NCBI GenBank assembly: GCA_045539955.1
Contig: JAZQGI010000011.1
Location: forward strand, 16,832 to 80,831
Direction: 5' to 3'
Length of the DNA: 64,000 bases
From: Acutalibacteraceae bacterium
Lineage (GTDB): Bacteria > Bacillota > Clostridia > Oscillospirales > Acutalibacteraceae
In this document: piece after piece, positions 9,672 through 17,042 of the stretch
Layout of the letters: each line of letters opens with the position of its first letter
Position numbering within the stretch: position 1 is the stretch's first letter
Position numbers and translations under genes: made by a program
The notes under the pieces: generated by a model
What the model saw: only the letters and a program-made list of their open reading frames with translations
Databases searched by the model: none
What the model was told of the DNA's origin: nothing

Positions 9672-9755
9672 TATCCGTTTCGCAAAGCGAAACACCTTAA
9701 CTCTTCACTATTCACTTTTAACTTTTCACTAAGATTATGAAATAATTTTATATAT

Positions 9756-10102
9756 GGGAGTGTAAAGGTTTCGACAGGGATTTAGAAGTATGGGAAGCGA
9801 GCAGCGGTGCGGAACCGCTATAAAATCCGCATAAAAAATTAACTAACAACAATAAAGTTGCTTTAGCTGCCTAATTAGGCGGCTCGTCGAACCTTAGAGT
9901 ACCACGGCTAAGGCAAGGCGTCGATTTAGTGGTGAACGTGAACAGCGGGTTGTTCCCCCTGCTGTCAGGAAATTAGGAACTACCAAGCAAAACAGTCGGT
10001 CGCTTGACGGTTTTGTAAGGGAATGTAAATTTGCGACTGCGCTCGGAGAGACCTATATGGAAAAATTTTTGGACAGGAGTTCGATTCTCCTCACTTCCAC
10101 CA
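9756..10102 (+). ncRNA. ssrA: tmRNA (ssrA)
   Basis: 5' GGGAGUG pairs with 3' CACUUCC before ACCA. A T-arm GGAGTTCGATTCTCC is present. The internal tag reading frame ends ...NNNKVALAA-TAA (gtt gct tta gct gcc taa at about 9858-9875). Located immediately downstream of smpB. Confidence 0.9.
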
Positions 10103-10103
10103 G
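10087..10103 (+). repeat. att direct repeat, copy 1 (3' end of ssrA): CTCCTCACTTCCACCAG
   Basis: Identical 17-mer found again at 16358-16374 on the same strand. Confidence 0.8.
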
Positions 10104-10107
10104 AAAA

Positions 10108-10142
10108 AGACCTATGCTTTGTATCAAAGCATAGGTCTTTTT
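10108..10142 (+). terminator. intrinsic terminator of ssrA
   Basis: Stem AGACCTATGCTTT/AAAGCATAGGTCT, loop GTATC, then T5. Confidence 0.8.
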
Positions 10143-10169
10143 CAACGAAATAAATCCCTTGCGAGATTT

Positions 10170-10324
10170 GTGAAATACGCTTCGCGTGTGAAATATTGCT
10201 TTGCAATGTGAAATGCCTGTTGGCATGAGAGGATTTATTTTATTTCACTTGATGCGTCAGCATCAAATTTCACGATTTGCACAGTTAATTATTTCACATT
10301 TTGCTTAACAGCAAAATATTTCAC
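10170..10324. repeat. array of seven GTGAAAT heptamers (3 forward, 4 inverted) interleaved with short palindromes
   Basis: GTGAAAT at 10170, 10188 and 10208. ATTTCAC at 10242, 10267, 10291 and 10318. Most spacers are palindromic (ACGCttcGCGT, ATTGCtttGCAAT, TTGATGCgtcaGCATCAA, ATTTTGCttaacaGCAAAAT). Confidence 0.7.
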
Positions 10325-10371
10325 TTTTCAAATTAGGGGCCAACTAAACGATTTAGAATTAAGTGCCGAAG

Positions 10372-10405
10372 TTCCACCAAAAAAGACTTGCTTTTCAAGT
10401 CTTTT
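10372..10405 (+). repeat. second, degenerate copy of the tmRNA 3' end plus a hairpin terminator
   Basis: TTCCACCA-AAAAAGAC matches ssrA TTCCACCAGAAAAAGAC with a 1-nt gap. Followed by hairpin GACTTG-CTTTT-CAAGTC and T4, the same layout as the genuine ssrA end. Confidence 0.45.
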
Positions 10406-10554
10406 CTTGTATTTGTGCCTAAAGGACACAACATCCTTTTTCGCATATCAAAAACATCAGTTACCTTTTAAGGTAACATCGTTGAGTTATATTACACACC
10501 TCACATCACAAGCAATTTATATTATTGCACACAAATTTTGCACGAACAATATAA

Positions 10555-10582
10555 CAAAAAGCAGGCTTATTTAAACCTGCTT
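10555..10582 (-). terminator. intrinsic terminator at the tmRNA-proximal end of the island operon
   Basis: Minus sense: AAGCAGG-tttaaataag-CCTGCTT followed by TTTTTG. Confidence 0.6.
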
Positions 10583-10789
10583 CACTAGTTGCATTGTTTT
10601 CTTTTTGGCTTCCTGCTGCGTCTTGCTCTCCTCTACCAAAGGTATTGCTCTCTTGGCTACTTCTTCCTTCTTGTTCGACTCTATACTGCCGAAAAGAAGC
10701 ATTATTTCGTCTATTATCGAGTCTGAGATATTCTTCTCCGTACATTTTTTCAATAGTTTCGTACGGTAATGGCTTTCGCTGATACTCAT
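10571..10789 (-). CDS. hypothetical 72-aa helical, charged protein (alternative frame)
   Basis: MSISESHYRTKLLKKCTEKNISDSIIDEIMLLFGS... Stop TAA lies in the loop of the terminator hairpin at 10559-10582, the placement expected for a genuine 3' end. Confidence 0.35.
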   Translation of the reverse strand: MSISESHYRTKLLKKCTEKNISDSIIDEIMLLFGSIESNKKEEVAKRAIPLVEESKTQQEAKKKTMQLVKQV

Positions 10790-10884
10790 TCTTTATTATC
10801 CTTTCTTGTATCATTGATATATCGGAACTATCTCCCTTTACAATTCTCACAATCTTTGTGATTTCAGGGTTTTCAATAGTTCCC

Positions 10885-11625
10885 TTAACATACATAATTA
10901 TAAGCCTCATCACCATTACGCATTGTAATTTGAGTCCTTTTGAATATACAACATTGTTTTTTCTCTGAAAATCGTTCATTAAATTCTGGGATATGTGATT
11001 TATACCATGTATTAAACTCATTAACATTCAATGTACTACCGTTTAAAAAAACATATTGACACAACGATATCCCATTTAGATAATCATATTCATATGTCAA
11101 TAATGTTTTTCTTCCAAAAAAATCAACAAAATATTTTGGAAGCCAATTATTTGGTATAATAATAAAAGGTTTTGAACTTTGTCTGATAGAATCATCACAA
11201 AAAACAAAATCTTCTAAAAGATTTCCTGAACACATACCAATTTTCTCTAGAACGTTATCAAAAATCGCAGTTTCTAAATACCCCTCGGCGGTCCCATCAC
11301 AAAAAACAACTTCTAACGGTGGGTATTGCCCAATTTTAAAACTTTGAACATAGTGATATGGATTATCAAAATGACTATCTTTTATTTTTTCTTCATTGCG
11401 AATAGCAAATACATTTCCCGAAATAATTACACCCAACCGATAATAACTAACAATTATTTTATAACGATTATCTATTTTCAAATGTTTAAAAAATTTTACA
11501 ACTTCCGTTATATCGGCATATATTATGTTGTTATCTTTCACACGGCTAATGAATTTTCCGATAGTTTCATTTCTAAAATTATTTAATTTTTCTTTTAATA
11601 GACTAATATCATATTGCAAATCCAT
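10885..11625 (-). CDS. hypothetical 246-aa protein, AT-rich (candidate partner or immunity protein of the giant ORF)
   Basis: ATG 11625 with AAGGGTGA SD. No recognisable motif, no TM segment and no signal peptide. About 95 nt downstream of the giant ORF on the same strand. Confidence 0.55.
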   Translation of the reverse strand: MDLQYDISLLKEKLNNFRNETIGKFISRVKDNNIIYADITEVVKFFKHLKIDNRYKIIVSYYRLGVIISGNVFAIRNEEKIKDSHFDNPYHYVQSFKIGQYPPLEVVFCDGTAEGYLETAIFDNVLEKIGMCSGNLLEDFVFCDDSIRQSSKPFIIIPNNWLPKYFVDFFGRKTLLTYEYDYLNGISLCQYVFLNGSTLNVNEFNTWYKSHIPEFNERFSEKKQCCIFKRTQITMRNGDEAYNYVC

Positions 11626-11719
11626 AATTGTCACCCTTATTTTAAAAACTTACAGTGCCATTTTAAAAAATAATTATAACATTAATAACATCAATTTGCA
11701 AGTTTTCATACATAATAAC

Positions 11720-14700
11720 TTATGTATAATCATTATTGACAGTAGGCTCATTATTGAGTATAATGTCATTAGAAGATGAACCATCAAGGGCCCGAGAGCC
11801 CACCACGGCTATTATTTTAGCTGAAGATGGAACATCTTCTTTTATTTTACCAACATTATAAACTGTAGCAAATGTTCCATTGTGACCAATCGAGAAGCGA
11901 ATTTTATAATATTGACCATCAAAATCTTCAAAGTAAGCCGTACGGTACTCGAAACCGTCTTTAGCAAAATCGTGATTCTTCTCATCGTTGGTCAACGGCT
12001 TATTTTCTTTTAATGCCGTTTCAGCAATTTCCGTTTTATTAACCTTCTTACCATTTACGGTATCTTCCCAAATATCCTCTGCTGTCCCGTTTCCGACCGC
12101 TTTATCGGCTTTTTCAAGCGCCTTTTCGTCCGATATCACTTCATACGAAAAATCACCAAGCAACACCTTTTCTTCCATACCCTCAAGCATTTCATCGGTC
12201 AAGGTGCCCGTTTCAATTATGGTGCGGGTAAATCTTTTAGTAGGCTTATCTTCGGCAACAGCCCGCGGTGTAGCAATAGGCGCTTTAGCATTTTCACCTT
12301 GCGGTAACATACCGTAGGTTTCGTTTGCTTCACCCCAAAGCCTGTCGGTTTCTTCAAGGTATTCTTCTTTTGTTATCTCGCCGCTCTCATACTTTTTAAG
12401 GTTGTCCCTCATTTGCTGAGCAGGGGAGCCAAGAGAGAACGAACCCTCACCGTTTTCTTCTGAATCGGAATAATCTTGAGTTTCATTGGATATATTATTC
12501 TTGACATCATCCTCTTCATCGAGTATAATGTCATTGGAAGAGATTTCGTTGATACTGCCCTCGTATTGGACTTGGGGAGTGCCTTGCGGAATCTCTTCCG
12601 TTTTGTTTTCAATTATTCTTCCTTCGTTTTTTGCGGTCAAAATATATTTTTCAATATTCTTTTTACCATAAGCAGAAGTAACAATGTGTGCATCAAGCAT
12701 TTTATTACCATTCAACGTAACGGTATTAATAGCAATAATAGAAAGAATAGAATTGCCTTTTTTATCAACAGTTTGTAATGCAAGTTCTATTTTCCCATCT
12801 TTTTTAGATTTCATAATATGCTTTGGATTTTTAAAAGACTCTAATGCCTCTTGAAGTCCCTCTACACCAAGGTTATGATAATTTATTCCTTGGCCACGAT
12901 ATTTTCCCGTTTCTTTACTATGCATAGATAAATAGGCATCTCGGTAATTCATTGCTATAGGATAGTTGTACAGAACTATATTATTTTTTTGAAGTAAATT
13001 TATAAACTCAGTGGAAAATTCACCAACATATACATATCGCTGTTCAAAAGATTCAGAAGTTTCGTAGGCATCTTTTAACTGCTCATTCAAAGTTTCCGCA
13101 TTTGGATTAAAAGCATTAGCACCTGTTTTTCTTAAGCAATACATAACCCCACCGCTATTTTTAGCGGCTTTTTTTGTATCCCTTGAATCAAACACTCTGC
13201 CGAGTCGCTTTTCGATATACTCAAGGTCCTCTACAAGTCTTTTGTTTTGGTTTACACCCTTAAAACTTGCAATAAGGTCCTTTATCCAGTCAATAATCTT
13301 TTCGAACCATTTGCGGTCGGTTTCAGTAAGGCTTTCAAATTCCGAAAGCGTATCTTCGATATCATAAATGGCTTCGAGATTACCGTCCGAAAGATGCTGC
13401 GCCACATTTCTGCGGTTACCCTTAAATAATATTTCGGAAATAAAGTCAGCAACCATTTCGTGCTGTGCTGATTCTAAAGTAAATCCCTTTTTAAATTTTT
13501 CGGTAAAACTGCCGTTCTGCACATCATCAATATAAAGCTGTGCCAAAGCCTGTAACGCTTCTTCACGAGTTCCCTTAAATTCAGTTTTGTATTTTGCTTT
13601 AAGCTGTGCTCTCGCATACCCTTCAAAAGAAGAACTGTTATGGAAAAGATAATTTTTAAGACCTTGATAAGCGCCTCTGCTTTCAAGCCTGTGGATACAT
13701 TCGTGCTTAAATAATTGGAAATATGATTCAACAGCCGAATTGTCTTTTGATAAATACATTGTGTTGCTCTCACGCATATAAACGCCATTTTTACCCGAAA
13801 GCACCTTGGCGTCCTTACTAACAAACACAACCTTCATACCGCTGTCGAGCTTTTTAGCAACATCAAGAATATGCCTTTGCTTAGCGTTTTTCATTTCCCC
13901 GAACATAGCCTCGTTATATTCTTCAGCCGTCGGCTCACGATGTATCTCTTGGTCACTCGGCTCACTAAGCCCATACTCACCGCTCTCGGATGATGTAGTT
14001 TCATTTTCAGGCATAAAATTAGCAGGCACTTCCGTGTCTGCTTCTGTATTTTTTGATTTAGTTGTAGCGGAATTTACGCCTTGAGACCTGCTTCCTTGAA
14101 CTTTTTGCGAAGTTCTTTCATATACTCCTCGCTGTCCTCGTGCATAAAGGTTTCCAACATTTTCTGATGCTTTGATAAATTTGGGGCTTTGGCCTCGTTC
14201 GACGTCATTTGAGTAGTGCGAGTATCCATCTATAAATCCCTCCATATTTATTATTTTATTAAAGTTTTGGGTTGGTGTATTACCGTAGGCTTTTATTACC
14301 TGCGGCGGAATATATCTGCCCGTTTCAACATAACGATTAAGTGCTCTTCCTAAAGCCTTATTATTAGATAATTCGTTTAAATGTAAATAAACCGAATAAC
14401 CATTTTGCTTCAACAATTCAATTTTCGCAACCAAAGAATTTACTTTATTGCCACCTACTATCGGCCATACTATATTATCACCGTTTTTAATAGATTCAAT
14501 CAATACTTGGTCAATAATGTTTTGACTTTCGCGGTGAACTGCATTAGCACCTAAACCATTATCAAATTCTGGCAATTCCTCTTTTGCCATATCGCTGTCA
14601 ATAACTCTTGAAGAATTCATTTCTGAAAGAGGATTTACAAGAACACTCGACTTGCCCGCAGCGGATAATCCTATAACAATGTCCGCACGATGTTCTTGCT

Positions 14701-16345
14701 TGACATCACCATTATACACCTCTTTGCCGTTTTCGTCAACACCTGAATAGCTTCCATTTTTTAAAAGTTTATCAGCAACTTGTCGGCGTAATTTTTGACG
14801 TTCTGGCGTATTAACAGTATATGTTTCAGGTCTGCTTGCTGCTTCTTCTGCAACCTCTTTTATTTGCGGAATATTTTCTATCTCTTCCACCGAAACATTT
14901 TCATCTTGAAATAAACGGTCGATAATATTTTTTAATTCCGGCGAAGCAACAATTTTTGAGGGTGTATTTATTCTAATGTCAGTTTCTGGTTCCTCTGTTT
15001 TATGAGTGTTATCATCATATGCCCTTCCGCTCTCGGATGATGGAGTTTCATTTCCAGGCATAAAATTAGCAGACTCTGTAAAGTCTGCTTTCATATCATT
15101 ATTAAATTTATTTACAGCTTCTACAACTGCTCCCCAGTCGTTAAACATACCGCCAAAGGTCTGTTGTGCAAATTCAGGGTCAGAAAGTACAAATTGATTT
15201 ATATACGCCACAATTTCACGCATAAAAATCGGGTATGTGCTTACATCTTCAATATCATACTTACCATTAAAGTAATTTTTATTTATCTCTTCTGCTACTT
15301 TTTTATATGCATCAGAAGAATAATCAACTTCATCGCAAAGCACTGCCTCATACTCGCTATATGCAGGATTATTTGTTTTATCTGCTACATGCACTTTTTC
15401 ATGGTCGAAAGTTTGTTTTGCTGGCAAAGACGATTCACTAGATACATATACCGTTCCGTCAGGAGCAGTAAAGGCTTCCGTACGAGTAACCGTAACACCG
15501 TTTGCCGTTCTCTCTATCGGTCCTTGGCAATATATCGCCTTAATACCCGCATTTACAAAAGCAGTGTACACTTTATATCCGTCAGTACCGTTTTCATTAC
15601 CTTCGGTAAAAGTAACACTGCTGTTTTTAGTGTGGTTTATTCGAATTCGTCTCGGTGCTTCTCCCGTGCCTCCTGAAAGAATTTCCGCCTTTCCTCCTTG
15701 GACATATCCATCAATGGTTTCGTTACTTTTTCCCATCTGGCTTTCTCTTCCGGTGTTAATTCCCGTTTCATTGCTTCCGTCCATTCTTCCTTGGTTATAT
15801 ATTCGCTCATCTATATCAACTCCTGTTTCTTGATTATTATTCATTATACCAGCATTACCGACATTTTGCAACCGTTCGGCAATACTTTGCTTTTCCGTTC
15901 TCTGTTGTGGTGTCAACTGAGCATCAGGAGTATTAAGCAACTGACTCTCCGCTTCGGTTAAACCAACTTCCCCACCATATTCCTGTGGCTGTAATTTTGA
16001 ATTTTGAGCCGTGTTAAATGTTGTAGCATTCCGTATAATAGCTTCAGTCTTCTCAAGTGAAGACAATTGAGCGTTCATACCTTCAGCCCAAGCTTCGCTA
16101 TTTTTAATTTCAGTTATAATCTGCTGTGCTTTGGTATTCTTACCAATATCTTCAGCATTAGCGGTTTCAATTTTACCGTTTGTAGCAACTTGTGTTAAAT
16201 AATTTGAAAGCTTTTGCGTGGTTTTAAAATCAACACCGAGGTCTTGCGCACGTTCACCGACTGCGGTTTTTATAACCGCTCCTTTTTGTGCCGAAACATC
16301 AGACATCACTTGAACCGCCAAACCGCCGATTTTTGCAGTAGACAT
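11720..16345 (-). CDS. 1541-aa multi-module 'polyvalent'-type protein: two HExxH zincin-like modules, a Zeta-toxin-like P-loop kinase module and further unassigned modules
   Basis: Single uninterrupted ORF. HEKVH is encoded at 15389-15403 and HECIH at 13691-13705, in two paralogous contexts (G.VY..ES...L...S....F.HE..H). Walker A IVIGLSAAGKSS at 14651-14671 is followed by a Zeta-toxin-like segment (RVIDSD...). Start set to ATG 16345 (MSTAKIGG) rather than the track's TTG at 16477. Confidence 0.8.
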   Translation of the reverse strand: MSTAKIGGLAVQVMSDVSAQKGAVIKTAVGERAQDLGVDFKTTQKLSNYLTQVATNGKIETANAEDIGKNTKAQQIITEIKNSEAWAEGMNAQLSSLEKTEAIIRNATTFNTAQNSKLQPQEYGGEVGLTEAESQLLNTPDAQLTPQQRTEKQSIAERLQNVGNAGIMNNNQETGVDIDERIYNQGRMDGSNETGINTGRESQMGKSNETIDGYVQGGKAEILSGGTGEAPRRIRINHTKNSSVTFTEGNENGTDGYKVYTAFVNAGIKAIYCQGPIERTANGVTVTRTEAFTAPDGTVYVSSESSLPAKQTFDHEKVHVADKTNNPAYSEYEAVLCDEVDYSSDAYKKVAEEINKNYFNGKYDIEDVSTYPIFMREIVAYINQFVLSDPEFAQQTFGGMFNDWGAVVEAVNKFNNDMKADFTESANFMPGNETPSSESGRAYDDNTHKTEEPETDIRINTPSKIVASPELKNIIDRLFQDENVSVEEIENIPQIKEVAEEAASRPETYTVNTPERQKLRRQVADKLLKNGSYSGVDENGKEVYNGDVKQEHRADIVIGLSAAGKSSVLVNPLSEMNSSRVIDSDMAKEELPEFDNGLGANAVHRESQNIIDQVLIESIKNGDNIVWPIVGGNKVNSLVAKIELLKQNGYSVYLHLNELSNNKALGRALNRYVETGRYIPPQVIKAYGNTPTQNFNKIINMEGFIDGYSHYSNDVERGQSPKFIKASENVGNLYARGQRGVYERTSQKVQGSRSQGVNSATTKSKNTEADTEVPANFMPENETTSSESGEYGLSEPSDQEIHREPTAEEYNEAMFGEMKNAKQRHILDVAKKLDSGMKVVFVSKDAKVLSGKNGVYMRESNTMYLSKDNSAVESYFQLFKHECIHRLESRGAYQGLKNYLFHNSSSFEGYARAQLKAKYKTEFKGTREEALQALAQLYIDDVQNGSFTEKFKKGFTLESAQHEMVADFISEILFKGNRRNVAQHLSDGNLEAIYDIEDTLSEFESLTETDRKWFEKIIDWIKDLIASFKGVNQNKRLVEDLEYIEKRLGRVFDSRDTKKAAKNSGGVMYCLRKTGANAFNPNAETLNEQLKDAYETSESFEQRYVYVGEFSTEFINLLQKNNIVLYNYPIAMNYRDAYLSMHSKETGKYRGQGINYHNLGVEGLQEALESFKNPKHIMKSKKDGKIELALQTVDKKGNSILSIIAINTVTLNGNKMLDAHIVTSAYGKKNIEKYILTAKNEGRIIENKTEEIPQGTPQVQYEGSINEISSNDIILDEEDDVKNNISNETQDYSDSEENGEGSFSLGSPAQQMRDNLKKYESGEITKEEYLEETDRLWGEANETYGMLPQGENAKAPIATPRAVAEDKPTKRFTRTIIETGTLTDEMLEGMEEKVLLGDFSYEVISDEKALEKADKAVGNGTAEDIWEDTVNGKKVNKTEIAETALKENKPLTNDEKNHDFAKDGFEYRTAYFEDFDGQYYKIRFSIGHNGTFATVYNVGKIKEDVPSSAKIIAVVGSRALDGSSSNDIILNNEPTVNNDYT

Positions 16346-16357
16346 TTTACCGCTTTG

Positions 16358-16374
16358 CTCCTCACTTCCACCAG
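16358..16374 (+). repeat. att direct repeat, copy 2: CTCCTCACTTCCACCAG
   Basis: Exact 17/17 match to the ssrA 3' end at 10087-10103. Confidence 0.8.
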
Positions 16375-16477
16375 TGGCAAGCTGCCACACCCAATCCGTA
16401 ACAAAGTCGTGTGCTAATCTTAAATTAGCGACTCGACCAAAAGATTCGGATTTGAGTGGTAAGGCTCCACCAAACAA

Positions 16478-16510
16478 AATAAAAACCGCTTAAATAAGCG
16501 GTTTTTATTT
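16478..16510. terminator. bidirectional hairpin terminator
   Basis: AACCGCTTA-aat-TAAGCGGTT flanked by A-rich and T-rich runs. Lies downstream of the lipoprotein gene (minus). Confidence 0.7.
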
Positions 16511-16544
16511 TTTATGCACGAATTGTGCACGAATTATTAAGTTA

Positions 16545-17042
16545 TTACTTTATCTTCACATTTTTAAACACAATCTCAATCACATTTGGTTGGGTCCAAA
16601 TTTTAATCGGCAAGCCGCTTGCACCCAGCTCAAAACGGTAGCTAAAGTCAGCAGTTACACCCTCGATATAAAAAACATCATTTTCTTTTGAAACCTCACC
16701 GTCTGATTTAGACAAAACCTCATAAATTAAATGAGCGGCGGTTTTTTCAAAAGTCTTATTATCGTTTATATATTGCACTCCATTAAATTCTGCGCAAACA
16801 CCGTTCTTTGAAAATAAATACTTTAGTCCCTCAATTTCTGAAGGATACTTAAATTCAATAATTGCTTCTCCGTTTTTTTGAACTTCACAATCACATTCGT
16901 AAGTTTCGTTATAGTATACGATTTCGCACGAAAATGAAATTCCCTTTGTAACAGGCTCAATCTGTGTACTTTTCGCCCCGCAACCTGATAACAAAATCAC
17001 AGCCAACAAAACAGAAAATATTCTTTTCAAGCTATCACCCAT
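16545..17042 (-). CDS. lipoprotein of unknown function
   Basis: Signal peptide with lipobox LLSGC (MGDSLKRIFSVLLAVILLSGCGA). 165 aa. Confidence 0.7.
   Translation of the reverse strand: MGDSLKRIFSVLLAVILLSGCGAKSTQIEPVTKGISFSCEIVYYNETYECDCEVQKNGEAIIEFKYPSEIEGLKYLFSKNGVCAEFNGVQYINDNKTFEKTAAHLIYEVLSKSDGEVSKENDVFYIEGVTADFSYRFELGASGLPIKIWTQPNVIEIVFKNVKIK

Larger units (their letters stand above)
10506..10895 (-). pseudogene. uncertain small ORF(s), possibly a frameshifted remnant
   Basis: An ATG at 10895 overlaps the stop of the upstream 246-aa ORF (ATGTATGTTAA). That frame runs through an intrinsic terminator (10555-10582) to 10506 and becomes low-complexity. A second frame (10789->10571, 72 aa) ends exactly in the terminator loop. 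Confidence 0.3.
10104..16357. mobile_element. ssrA-integrated genomic island remnant (no integrase present)
   Basis: Bounded by the perfect 17-bp direct repeat of the tmRNA 3' end. It supplies its own terminator to ssrA. All its ORFs have no housekeeping role, and 10.5-11.7 kb is very AT-rich. Confidence 0.65.

Noticed and set aside
9973-10206. A 77-aa minus-strand ORF downstream of smpB.
   Set aside because: It lies antisense across the 3' half of the tmRNA gene, its terminator and the heptamer array, and has no SD. It is an artefact of the open frame.
16513-16535. A short direct repeat GCACGAATT x2 between the terminator and the lipoprotein gene stop.
   Set aside because: It has only two 9-bp copies and no associated feature. 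It is likely chance or slippage.
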